Assembly (NCBI GenBank): GCA_041695225.1
Contig: JBGFRI010000037.1
Coordinates: forward strand, 32,001-96,000
Length of the DNA stretch: 64,000 nt
DNA from: Deinococcota bacterium
Lineage (GTDB): Bacteria; Deinococcota; Deinococci; Deinococcales; Thermaceae
Direction of reading: 5' to 3'
Shown here: positions 40,527 to 51,401 of the stretch, piece by piece
Position numbering within the stretch: position 1 is the stretch's first letter
Layout of the letters: every line of letters begins with the position of its first letter
Position numbers and translations under genes: made by a program
Notes under the pieces: model-generated
Database searches by the model: none
The model's input: the letters and a program-made list of their open reading frames with translations, nothing else
Told to the model about the DNA's origin: nothing

Positions 40527-41823
40527 TCATGCCCCCCAGCGCAAACACCACTTCCCGGAATACCCTGGAGCGCTCCTTATAGTCTTTGAACTGGTCAAAC
40601 GAGGTGGCCAGTGGAGCCAGCAGCACGCTGCCCGACGCAAGCCTAAGGCGGGCCTCGCGCACGGCCCGTTCCAGCGCCTTGCGCCCGTCGGGCTCGTCGA
40701 TCTCCACCACTTCCACCAGGTCTTTGAAAGGTGTTGCCATGCGGCTTCCGTCGCGGCCTATGGCCAGAATCAGGCTCACCTTGCGCCCTACCAGCTCGCG
40801 CAGCTCTTCCACTGGCGCACCCTTGTCTACTCCGCCCAGCACCCAGGCCACCGGAGCGGGGGCGGCTTCCAGCGCCATGCGTACTGCGTCAATGCGTGTA
40901 GCGATTGAGTCATCGATAAACAAAAGTTCGCCGATGCGAGCAAAGATGGCGTAGCGGGCCTCGGGCCGGGGGGCCGTAAGGCGGAAGGGCTCGAGGCTCG
41001 CGGCCTCTGCCGGAAGGGCCAGAACCCGCTGGGGCTGTTCGCGCTGCACGATATGGGCATAGGCCAGGGCCGCTTGCAAGGCAGCCCGCAGGTTGGTCTC
41101 GCGGGGGTCGCCTGCTACAGGCTCGAAAGGGTAGAGGCGGGCCGGGCTGCCACGGATGCCCGCCAGAATTCTTTCGTCCCTGGCGTTGTAGACCAGGGCA
41201 TCCTCGGCCCTCAGATGCCGGATCAGGTTGAACTTGGCGGCGTGGTAGACCTCCAGGGTGCCGTGGCGGTCGAGGTGGTCTACGCCCAGCAGCAAAAGCA
41301 CGGCTACCCTGGGGCGCAGGTGCACCACCCGCTCGAGCTGAAAACTACTCAGCTCGGCGGCTATTACCTCGGCAAAGAGACCAGGAGTATCCTGCCAGGG
41401 CTGGTCTACCACACTGGCCAGAGGTGGGTCAATATTACCCCCCTCTAAAGCCCGAAAACCCAGTGCTCGCAGAAAGTGTCCGGTAAACATGGTACAGCTG
41501 GTCTTGCCGGCGGTGCCGGTAATGCCCACCAGGGGGGTGGGGCAGTGCCGGTAGACCAGCTCGGCCTCGCCGATGACCTCGGCCCCCCCTTTTCGCAGCG
41601 CTTCCAGCCGGGGATGCTGGATGGGCACCCCAGGGGCGGCAACCACCTCCTGGTACCGGCCTGGCTGGGGGTCGGGGTCGGGCTCGAAGCCCAGGGCCTG
41701 GGCCCGGGCCACCTCTTCGGGCCTGGGCTGGTCGTCGAAAAAGCGGGCCGGCATGCTGCGTCTTTGCAGAAAGCCCAGCACCCCCAGGCCACTGCGCCCC
41801 AGGCCATAGACCAGTCTGTTCAC
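40519..41823 (-). CDS. murD: UDP-MurNAc-L-Ala--D-Glu ligase
   Basis: GLGRSG, ELSSFQL, DHLDRH, LGGVDKG, SFDQFKDYKER. Confidence 0.95.
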   Translation of the reverse strand: MNRLVYGLGRSGLGVLGFLQRRSMPARFFDDQPRPEEVARAQALGFEPDPDPQPGRYQEVVAAPGVPIQHPRLEALRKGGAEVIGEAELVYRHCPTPLVGITGTAGKTSCTMFTGHFLRALGFRALEGGNIDPPLASVVDQPWQDTPGLFAEVIAAELSSFQLERVVHLRPRVAVLLLLGVDHLDRHGTLEVYHAAKFNLIRHLRAEDALVYNARDERILAGIRGSPARLYPFEPVAGDPRETNLRAALQAALAYAHIVQREQPQRVLALPAEAASLEPFRLTAPRPEARYAIFARIGELLFIDDSIATRIDAVRMALEAAPAPVAWVLGGVDKGAPVEELRELVGRKVSLILAIGRDGSRMATPFKDLVEVVEIDEPDGRKALERAVREARLRLASGSVLLAPLATSFDQFKDYKERSRVFREVVFALGGMSG

Positions 41824-42689
41824 GAAAGACCTCCCCACAGATGTATGGCCAGCGCCGTACAGAGCGCCGTCACCACGGTAAAGCGGAAGACCACCTTGCC
41901 CTCGGGCCAGCCCGAGAGCTCAAAATGATGGTGCAGGGGGCTCATCTTGAGAATGCGCCGGCCGGTGCGGCGATAGTAGGCGACCTGGACCAGGACCGAG
42001 AGCACCTCGAGTACCGGAATCAGCGCTACCAGAGGTAGCCACCATAGCTTGCCTTCCAGAATGAACAGCCCGGCCGCCATAGCGCCCAGGGCCATGCTAC
42101 CGGTATCGCCCATAAACACGCTGGCCTTTGGAGCGTTGTGCCAGAGGAAACCCAGCAGGGCTCCAATCATGGCCTGGGCTATGGGCAGACTTGCAAACGG
42201 CAAAAAAATTACCACCGAGACGCTGGTCAGCAGGCCGTCCACCCCATCGGTGAAGTTGAAGGCGTTGCAGGCCGCCACAATCACCAGGGCGAAGAGGACC
42301 ATGTCGAGCAGGGGGTAGGGGGTGTACTGGATCTGCTGAGTTGCCCAGATGGCAAAGGTCAGGCTCATTACTCCCTGAACAGCCAGCTTTTCGCGGGCCC
42401 TCAAAGGGCGCCTCAACAAACCAGCCAGGTCGTCGGCCAGGCCCAGTAAGGCCATGCCCAGTACCAGCAGCCAGAGCCCCACCCACTTATCGCCTCCGGC
42501 CAGCCCGTAGACTATGGCCGCAGCCAGCAGGAAAGCCACCCCGCCCATGCTGGGTGTGCCCGTTTTTGCCAGGTGGCTGGGTGGACCATCGGCCCGCACC
42601 TGCTTGCCCATTCTTAGCGACTGCATCAGGGTAATCCACAGCCCTACCAGAAACCAGCTCAGCAGAGCGGCAGCGACGAGGGTGGTCAT
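41820..42689 (-). CDS. mraY: phospho-MurNAc-pentapeptide transferase
   Basis: KTGTPSMGG, NFTDGVDG, FMGDTGS, PLHHHFE. Confidence 0.96.
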   Translation of the reverse strand: MTTLVAAALLSWFLVGLWITLMQSLRMGKQVRADGPPSHLAKTGTPSMGGVAFLLAAAIVYGLAGGDKWVGLWLLVLGMALLGLADDLAGLLRRPLRAREKLAVQGVMSLTFAIWATQQIQYTPYPLLDMVLFALVIVAACNAFNFTDGVDGLLTSVSVVIFLPFASLPIAQAMIGALLGFLWHNAPKASVFMGDTGSMALGAMAAGLFILEGKLWWLPLVALIPVLEVLSVLVQVAYYRRTGRRILKMSPLHHHFELSGWPEGKVVFRFTVVTALCTALAIHLWGGLS

Positions 42690-43633
42690 GGAGCCTCCTT
42701 GCTAAGCGGGAGCGCTCTGGAGGAGAATAGCAGGTGATCACAGACGGGGGAGGGAAGAGGCGACGGGCTTTGCAAATGTCCAGTGGCTTTCGAGCTTCGA
42801 CCCTCGACCCTGGCCCACTCTGCTACCCGTCCGGCCCCGCCTGCCAGATCCAGGTTGAGCCGTAGCGTAAGCAGCCGGCCGGCTTGCAGGGTATAAAGGT
42901 AGTGGCCATCGCTCTTCAGGCCCTCGAAGGCCCCGGCCCGGAAGCCAAGCCGCAGACCCTCGAGGCTCAGCCGGTGGATGGCGTCGGCAGTGAGCACATA
43001 AAGGTCGTCCAGCACCACTGCAGCCCGGACAGTACCTGGCAGCGGGATGCGCAGGTTGTCGGGGTGGCGAAAGGCCTCGCGGCCAAAGGCATACACATAG
43101 CGCTGGCTGGCGGCCAGCAGGGTGAAGCGTCCCTCGGCCAGGCGGCGCCGGTCCAGGTTGAAGCCGTGCTCGTCGAGCCAGAACACGCCCTCTGGTGTGT
43201 GGAGCGCATCCCTGGCCCGGAATAGCAAAGTGCCCAGCCCTGGCACAAATAACCGGTCTTCAAAGCCGACCAGCGGCAGCGGTCTGGCCCGCACAAAACT
43301 CGGAACACCCGGCAGGGGCAGGCTCTGATGGATAAACCCGTCCCGATAAATCAACAACATAAACGGGTAGGCCGCCAACAACTTGTCGCCAGCCCGGGCT
43401 GCCGCCAGGGGTGGGTTGGGCAGGGCCAGTTGCAGCCCAATGGCCCGTACAAACCGTCCTTCTACTACACCCCCCTCAATTAAAATGGGCGCGGGAGCGA
43501 CAGGCGCGGGCGCAGGCTGGGCCTGAGGCGCGCACGCCGCTATCGCCAGCACCAGCAACAGGCCGAGGGCCAAAAACATCCTCGAGGCCTGGGTTTTTTG
43601 TACCCAGGGCCTCGGGTATCTCCGGCGGCTCAT
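42686..43633 (-). CDS. hypothetical lipoprotein inside the dcw cluster
   Basis: overlaps murF and mraY by 4 nt each; hydrophobic stretch ending AIAAC. Confidence 0.7.
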   Translation of the reverse strand: MSRRRYPRPWVQKTQASRMFLALGLLLVLAIAACAPQAQPAPAPVAPAPILIEGGVVEGRFVRAIGLQLALPNPPLAAARAGDKLLAAYPFMLLIYRDGFIHQSLPLPGVPSFVRARPLPLVGFEDRLFVPGLGTLLFRARDALHTPEGVFWLDEHGFNLDRRRLAEGRFTLLAASQRYVYAFGREAFRHPDNLRIPLPGTVRAAVVLDDLYVLTADAIHRLSLEGLRLGFRAGAFEGLKSDGHYLYTLQAGRLLTLRLNLDLAGGAGRVAEWARVEGRSSKATGHLQSPSPLPSPVCDHLLFSSRALPLSKEAP

Positions 43634-44931
43634 AGACTCTCCTGTGGCCAAAGTTCCAGCAGGCGCTCCAGCCCCACGCTGCGGGATGCCTTAAGGTAGA
43701 CCAGGTCACCCGGCTCTACAGCGGAGGTGAGAAACTCGACTGCGGCTTCGATGGTCTCTACCGCGGTTCCACCAGCCAGGGCGGTTTGTTGCTGGGCAAA
43801 TGGCCCGATAAAGACCAGATGTGGGCTGACAGTGGCGGCCAGACTGGCGGCCTCGAGGTGATGCTGCAGGGCTTCCTGGCCCAGTTCGGCCATGCGGCCC
43901 AGCACCAGCCATTTGCGGCCCGGCTGGGTTTTAAGGTATTCTATTCCCGCCCGAAAGGAAAGGGGATTGGAGTTGTAGGCGTCGTTGATGAAGTCAACCG
44001 CCCCCAGCCTTTGCCGCTGCATCCGGCCTGAGGGCAGGGTTAGTGCAGCCAGACGCTCAATGGTCTGACCAAGGGACTGGCCCAGCATCTGAGTGGCAGC
44101 CAGAGCAGCCAGGGCGCCCATTACCGGGCCCACCCCGGGGTAGGGCAGGGTGACGGGGCGGCCCTCGAAACGAAACTGGCTAGACCTGGGGCCCATCTCT
44201 AGCTGTTTGGCCTGAAAATCACCGGCCTCGAGGCCATAAGTACGCAGGCCGGGCAGCCGTACCAGCTCGGCGGCCTGGGTGCTGGCCAGACGCACCGGGC
44301 TCGCCTGGAGCAACCAGGTTTCCTCACGGATGATGTTCTCGAGGTTGCCCAGCCCTTCCAGGTGCTCCACCCCAAGGCTGGTCAGCACGGCAAAATCGGG
44401 CCGGGCCAGATAGCTCAGCTCGGCCATCTCCAAAAGCCGGTCAATGCCCAGTTCGACCACGCAGCCCGGAGCATCTTGCAGATGGAAGAAAAAACGCACC
44501 AGACCCGGCGCATTGTTGAGATTTCCCTCTGGTGCAGGCCAGGCCAGCCCCTGGGCCAGGCATTCTTTGGTGGTGGTCTTGCCGGAGCTGCCGCCCACTG
44601 CCAGCACCACCCCGCCAAACCTGTCTCGCAGTGCTCGTCCTACGGCTAACAGTGCCCGCTCGGGTCTGGCTACCTGCACCGAGCCAGTATGAGCCATGTC
44701 GGTCACCACGAAGGGTGCACCTGCCGAGTAGGCTTGCAAGCCAAACTCCCGCCCATGCACCTTAGCGCCGGGCAGGGCAAAAAATGCCACTCCAGGCTCT
44801 ATTTTACGCGAGTCCCAGTGCAGGTCTGTGGCCGGCATAGCGCCCGTATGAACCCTCCCGCCGGTCAGGCTGGCGATCCATTCGGGTCGGAGTTCTCTGG
44901 CCTCTGTCACTTGCACAACATCCTCACTCAA
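43630..44931 (-). CDS. murF: UDP-MurNAc-tripeptide--D-Ala-D-Ala ligase
   Basis: DSRK, GSSGKTTTK, NDAYNSNP, LKASR. Confidence 0.93.
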   Translation of the reverse strand: MSEDVVQVTEARELRPEWIASLTGGRVHTGAMPATDLHWDSRKIEPGVAFFALPGAKVHGREFGLQAYSAGAPFVVTDMAHTGSVQVARPERALLAVGRALRDRFGGVVLAVGGSSGKTTTKECLAQGLAWPAPEGNLNNAPGLVRFFFHLQDAPGCVVELGIDRLLEMAELSYLARPDFAVLTSLGVEHLEGLGNLENIIREETWLLQASPVRLASTQAAELVRLPGLRTYGLEAGDFQAKQLEMGPRSSQFRFEGRPVTLPYPGVGPVMGALAALAATQMLGQSLGQTIERLAALTLPSGRMQRQRLGAVDFINDAYNSNPLSFRAGIEYLKTQPGRKWLVLGRMAELGQEALQHHLEAASLAATVSPHLVFIGPFAQQQTALAGGTAVETIEAAVEFLTSAVEPGDLVYLKASRSVGLERLLELWPQESL

Positions 44932-44958
44932 GTATCGTCCTCAAGATGCACAAAACAC

Positions 44959-46367
44959 TCATCTGTTATCCAGTCTACCCCGGGTTGATGAGCTATCCAA
45001 GCTGGGCGGGACGCCCCAAAGGGCAAACAGCCGGGCGGCAATATCGCGGTAAATGGGGGCTGCTACCTGAGAGCCGTGAAAGCGCGGCCCTTTGGGGTGA
45101 AATAACGCCACCACCACCGTCACTCTGGGCTCATCGCCCGGGATGAACCCGGCAAACAGCGCCGTAAAAACACTGCGGCTATACCGCCCATCTACTACTA
45201 CCTGGGCGGTGCCGGTCTTACCAGAGAGCAAGTAGCCAGCCAGGCGGGCATTTTGCGTCAGGTTGTCGCTGAGCGTTCGGCGTATATCGCGGGCTACCTG
45301 AGGACGAAAAACCTGCTCAGTGGCAGAGGCGTTCCCTTCAAACAGAACTGGTTGACGGTAAATGCCATCGTTAGCCAGGGTGTTGAAGGCGGCGGTAAGG
45401 TGCAAAGGGGTAATCAAAAAGCCCTGGCCGAAGGTGGCGTTGGCATACTCGGCTGGCCCCCACCGGGTTACCGGACGCACCTGGGGGCTGGCAACCTGCA
45501 CGTTTATACGGGGATAGTAGGAGAGCGGAGGCAAAACCTGCTGGTTCCACAAACGCATTCTCTCAAAATAATCGTATAGCCTCTGGGGTGGAATGCGCTC
45601 GGCCAGAGTGGATATGCCCACGTTGGACGAGTACTTGAGCACCTCGCTCAAGGTCAGGTTCTGGTCGTGTCTGATCACGTCGCTGATGGTCCAGCCGGCA
45701 ATCCGCCGGCTCATGGGGGCTTCAACGCGGGTGTCCAGTCTGGCTACGTTTTCCTCGAGTAGAACGGCCGCGGTCAGGGCCTTGATGGTGGAGCCTGGCT
45801 CCAGGGCATACATAAAGGCATGGTTGCGCCAGGATAGGTCAGTTTCAGGCGACCTGCGCGGTGCAGCAGGGTCGAATTGCGGCCCGTTGGCCACTGCCAG
45901 CAGCCGGCCAGTCTTGGTCTCCATTACCACCACCGCGCCCCAGTCGGCCCGGGCAGCCGCGACACCCCTCCACAGGGCTTGCTCGGCGATGGACTGCACC
46001 ACCGGATCTATGGTCAGACGCAGGCTGTGGCCTTGCAACAGCAGCTTTTCCAGGTCGCGCTCGAGTCCCGAAAGCCCCCGGCCGGTGCTGCGCTCGCCAA
46101 AACCAATGAGCTGGCTGCCAGAAAGCCCCAGCGGATACAAGCGGGCCTGGTCCTTAGAGCTAATGGCCAGAGGGGTGCCATCCGAGGCCTCCAGGCGGCC
46201 ACGCAGCGGCGGTAGCTCCGCCGTCGGGGCCGAACGTAGCAGCAGGCTGGGCGCATTGTGCCACAATACATAAGAGCCGTATCCCAGCCCCAGCACAAAA
46301 GCCATAAAAGCCAGAATCAGCACCCAGCCACGGTGCAGGGTGGCTGGTTCGCTGGTGCCCAGCCGGT

Positions 46368-46371
<4 letters not shown>
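44959..46371 (-). CDS. ftsI: class B penicillin-binding protein (FtsI-like)
   Basis: EPGSTIK (SxxK), SSN, KTGT motifs; N-terminal TM. Confidence 0.9.
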
Positions 46372-47716
<1,345 letters not shown>

Positions 47717-48151
47717 TCATCCAATCAGCCCGCGTAGGACCTCGGGAGAAGAGGGGTTTTGCACAAATTTGGTGATGTTCTCCCACCAGCGGCTCTCGCT
47801 CCACAGCTCCAGGCGGGTGGGCGCACCCACTACTACCGCGTCGCTGGTGTCCTCGAGCCCGGCAAATTTGCGTAGTGGTGGGGGAACTGTCACCCTCGAG
47901 GCGTTGTCCATCTGGGTCTTGTGCGCCCCCGAATACAAAAAGCGCACCAGCTCCTGGGCTGGCCGGTCAATCAGGGGTACGTTTTGCAGCTGGCGCTCGA
48001 TGTTGCTCCAGGTCAGCACGGGGTACATGTAAAGGCAGCCCTCGAGGCCGCGGGTGATCACCACGCCATCCTCAATAAACGGACGGAAGGGCTGGGGGAT
48101 CACAACCCTTCCCTTGTCATCGAGGCTGTACTGGTGTTCACCGAAGGGCAT
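47717..48151 (-). CDS. mraZ: division/cell wall cluster regulator MraZ
   Basis: LDDKGRV, DNASRV, LELW. Confidence 0.95.
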   Translation of the reverse strand: MPFGEHQYSLDDKGRVVIPQPFRPFIEDGVVITRGLEGCLYMYPVLTWSNIERQLQNVPLIDRPAQELVRFLYSGAHKTQMDNASRVTVPPPLRKFAGLEDTSDAVVVGAPTRLELWSESRWWENITKFVQNPSSPEVLRGLIG

Positions 48152-48238
48152 CTTGTTTCCTCCTAGATCGGCCTGGTCTTTTGGCTCGCCTCACTTCGTG
48201 CGCCTTCCAGCGGCGGTGCTTTTCTGAGCAGTAATGTA

Positions 48239-48273
48239 CCACGGTTTCCCCACGTTTTACCACTATCTCCCAC
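48239..48273 (-). promoter_or_regulatory. MraZ-binding repeats
   Basis: four GTGG cores at 10-11 bp spacing upstream of mraZ (GTGGGAGATA GTGGTAAAAC GTGGGGAAACC GTGG). Confidence 0.7.
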
Positions 48274-48494
48274 CGTTACGTCTGCTTTTCCCACCCATTT
48301 GCCGATTAGCTGGGCCGGACTCCCACAAAGTCACCACGTCCATCCGGCAGCAGAGCCTAGTAGAGTTAAGTTGTCTGGAACGAAGAAAAAGCCATGCACC
48401 AACACCAGAAAGACCGGTAAAGTCTCTGCTCTTAAAAGCGGAAAGAAGCCTTCCTAAAAGGGCCTTAATACTCGGAAGAGCCTCAGTGGTCATG

Positions 48495-48765
48495 GCCGAT
48501 AGCTGATAGCCGATTGCTTATGGCCTATAGCTGATAGCGGATAGCTTTCGACCTGAGACCTGAAACCTTCGACTAACTTTCGACCTGCGACATTCCATTA
48601 GCCCATTAGCCCATAGCTAATAGCCGATAGCCCATGGCGGATAGCTTTTGACCAGCGACCCGAGACCTGAGACCTGCGGCTAACTTTTACCCTCGACCCT
48701 TGACTAACTCTTGACCCTCGACCTTAGACCTTCTACTTTCGACTATCTTTCAACCTGCGACATTA
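48495..48765. repeat. 7-mer arrays (GATAGCT/GACCTGA/CCCTCGA), related in reverse to 8350-8585
   Basis: cgacctgcgacattccattagccc...gatagcttttgacc is the reverse complement of the 8.4-kb block. Confidence 0.85.
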
Positions 48766-48773
48766 TTTGTTAT

Positions 48774-49421
48774 TTATTCTGTGGTAGCTTCGAGACCCTT
48801 GCTCCTTGCAGCAAGCGATTTAGTCATCTGCTTGTGGCAGGGCTGGCACAGTGTTCGCAAATTTTCAGGCGTGTGTGTGCCGCCCTCCACCACGGGCAGA
48901 ATATGGTGAGCCTCCCACAAGTCTGAGGGCTTCTTCCAGGCTTTGCGGGGCCGCCAGCTCTGGGGCAGTTCTACAGCAAAGCCGTGAAAGCCACGCCGGG
49001 TCAGTTCGGTGGTGATCTGACTATAAGCAGCTCTCAGCTCCTGATATGCACCCAGGCAGTACAGGTTCTGCTCAGATCGGTTTTCGCGGCCTATCTGGAC
49101 CGCGGCCTTCCAAAGCTTCGTCAGGCTACTCTTGAGCTTGCGGGTGTCGGTGCCACAGATCTGGCAGACGCCTTTCTCGCGTGCTCGCAGCCGCTGACGG
49201 GCATAGTTCCAGTGGGCCTGCAAACGGTACTTCTGCACGCACTCGTCACTGCACCAGGTTCGGCGGCGCGGGGGTACTTCGTTGTGGCAGTGCACATAGC
49301 GGCACAACCTGCGCCCGTTAGGACCGCAAACTTCGTACTGGCGTAGCAGCTCCCTGCCAATAAGCCGGCGGCTCACAACTAAGAGTTTAGTAGATTCACC
49401 GGATGAAGCCGCAAAGGGCAT
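48774..49421 (-). CDS. HNH endonuclease with N-terminal Cys-rich zinc finger (start uncertain)
   Basis: CRYVHC..WCSDEC; REKGVCQICG; WEAHHILPVVEGG..NLRTLCQPCH. Confidence 0.85.
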   Translation of the reverse strand: MPFAASSGESTKLLVVSRRLIGRELLRQYEVCGPNGRRLCRYVHCHNEVPPRRRTWCSDECVQKYRLQAHWNYARQRLRAREKGVCQICGTDTRKLKSSLTKLWKAAVQIGRENRSEQNLYCLGAYQELRAAYSQITTELTRRGFHGFAVELPQSWRPRKAWKKPSDLWEAHHILPVVEGGTHTPENLRTLCQPCHKQMTKSLAARSKGLEATTE

Positions 49422-49454
49422 GTCAGGCCGTACAGTGTTAAGAGCTGGGCGAAG

Positions 49455-49642
49455 CGGCCGAAGGTCGAAAGTCTAAGGTCTAAGGCCGCCCCCGTGGCGC
49501 ACGGGCCACCGCCCTTCCCGAAGGGGATTTTCCCTCTGGAGCACGGACTTTAGTCTAAGGTCGAAAGTCTAAGGTCGAAAGTCTAAGGTGTAAGACCGTC
49601 CCGCTGGTGCATCGAGTGCGCTCCGTCCCGAAGGGGATCGTC
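49455..49642. repeat. repeat family B (heptamers plus CCGAAGGGGAT unit)
   Basis: two units here and two more at 50520-50822. Confidence 0.7.
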
Positions 49643-49743
49643 AAAAGTAGTGCAGTAAGTCAAGAACCCGTACTGGCCAGGGGTCAAGTGGGATGTTTAT
49701 GCAGCCTACCATGAAAGCGCTGACTGGCCGCTAGAATGAGGTC

Positions 49744-49956
49744 ATGAAAATTGAGTTCAGAGAAAATGGCTCTATCGGGATCGAGACGGGTGGCAGGTAC
49801 GTGTACCGCTATGGCGATCAGGAGGTGGTAATTGAAAAGGGCCGGGTCTCGCTGTGCCGTTGCGGGCACTCGGCCAACAAGCCCTACTGCGATGGAACGC
49901 ACAAGACAGTGGGTTTCGTCGCCCCGCCGGCGGTGATCGAGGTGGACGCCCAGTAA
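49744..49956 (+). CDS. CDGSH iron-sulfur domain protein
   Basis: LCRCGHSANKPYCDGTH; TAGAAT-N6-ATG. Confidence 0.93.
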   Translation: MKIEFRENGSIGIETGGRYVYRYGDQEVVIEKGRVSLCRCGHSANKPYCDGTHKTVGFVAPPAVIEVDAQ

Positions 49957-50048
49957 TGGGCTTTGCCGAGTAGATATCCTCGACTACCCGGAAGCAAGAG
50001 ACATCTGCCCCCGGCGCTGAGGGGTATCCTGGTAGCGAGGTGATAGCG

Positions 50049-50486
50049 ATGTTGGTCAAGGACTGCATGACCCCAGTTCCGGATGTAGTCACGCCCGATG
50101 TTAAGGTACCCGAAGCTGCCCAGATCATGAAGAAAGGGGGGTTCCGCCGGCTTCCGGTTGTCAAGGAGGGCCGTTTGATTGGTATTATCACCGATCGCGA
50201 CCTCAAAGAAGCCATGCCCTCGGATGCCACCTCGCTTTCCATCTGGGAGCTCAACTACTTAATTTCCCGGCTTACTGTGGGTGAGATCATGACCCGCGAC
50301 CCCATTACAGTCGCCGACACCATGCCCCTCCAGGCTGCTGCTAAGCTGATGCTCGAGCACAAAATAGGGGGCTTGCCGGTGGTGCATGATGACAAACTGG
50401 TGGGCATTGTGACTGTGACCGATGTGCTTAAGGCTTTTTTGAAGCGCGAGGCCGAGCTGCTTGTCGGGGCAGAAACCAGCCCGTAG
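50049..50486 (+). CDS. CBS domain protein (AcuB-like N-terminal pair)
   Basis: two CBS repeats, GIITDRDLKEAMPSDATSLSIWE. Confidence 0.9.
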   Translation: MLVKDCMTPVPDVVTPDVKVPEAAQIMKKGGFRRLPVVKEGRLIGIITDRDLKEAMPSDATSLSIWELNYLISRLTVGEIMTRDPITVADTMPLQAAAKLMLEHKIGGLPVVHDDKLVGIVTVTDVLKAFLKREAELLVGAETSP

Positions 50487-50588
50487 CCCGTCTGCACTTC
50501 GTGCTGGACACATCTGGTCGAAGCTCTAAGGTCGTCTTGCTGGCGCAAGGACTTCAGTCTAGGGTCGAAGGTCGAAAGTCGAAGGTCG

Positions 50589-50727
50589 AAAGCCTAAGGC
50601 CAAAAGCCTAAGGCCAAAAGCCTAAGGCCAAAAGCCTAAGGCCAAAAGCCTAAGGCCAAAAGCCTAAGGCCAAAAGCCTAAGGCCAAAAGCCTAAGGCCA
50701 AAAGCCTAAGGCCAAAAGCCTAAGGCC
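50589..50727. repeat. 14-bp VNTR (AAAAGCCTAAGGCC) x10
   Basis: ten perfect tandem copies, no spacers. Confidence 0.95.
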
Positions 50728-50995
50728 TCAGACCCTCTCAATGGTGCATGGAGCACGCCCCTTTCCGAAGGGGATCGTCCCACTAGTAGACCGACCTCAG
50801 TCCGTCCCGAAGGGGATGGTCTGGCTGGTGTAGAGGGGCTTGTGCCAGTCCTGATGCCCCCCTTTGGCTGCTAACAGCCTCAATCGGTGTCTGGATGGCC
50901 AGACTTCCCACGACCCAGCCTTTGCCTGCCTCTGAAACCCTTTTACCTCTGGGAGAGAGACCGGGGGAGAGCAAGCGTGTGTTTGTCGGTTCGCA

Positions 50996-51183
50996 ATGAA
51001 CCAAGTATGTCAAGCTGACCAGCTGCTCGCCAGGTAAATCCCCCGGCCTGCGGCCTCTCCCCTTAGTAAGGGGGGTAGAGGGGGATTGAGCCCCCCTTAA
51101 CAAGGGGGGTTGGGGGGATTGAACAGTGCGCCAGCCTGCTGCCAAACTTTGTTGACAAACGCGTCTTGCGTGGTGGCGACCCA
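50996..51183 (+). repeat. MITE-like palindromic repeat family C, copy 1
   Basis: close copy of 54761-54950; CCCCTT-N-AAGGGG hairpins; bounded by TGTCAA...TTGACA. Confidence 0.85.
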
Positions 51184-51401
51184 TTCGACAAGCTCAGGGC
51201 AGGCCCATTCGACAACCCTTCGGCAGACTCAGGTAAGGCTCAGGGCGGTGCCTGAGACGCAGTCTGAGGGGAAGCAGTCCAGGGCATCCCGTCGGCCAAA
51301 GTGTAGTTTGCTCCCGTTCTGGGTCGATTAATCATCCCCATCCTCCGCCACTCCGTCACCGAGTCCATTGCTTTGTCTGCCCAGGGGCCTCCTTGCAATG
51401 C

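Noticed and set aside
48774..49421. IscB/Cas9-like RNA-guided nuclease
   Set aside because: Only ~200 aa, with no PLMP or RuvC motifs and no recognisable omegaRNA next to it.
50589..50727. CRISPR array
   Set aside because: Contiguous 14-bp units with no unique spacers, and no cas genes in the window.
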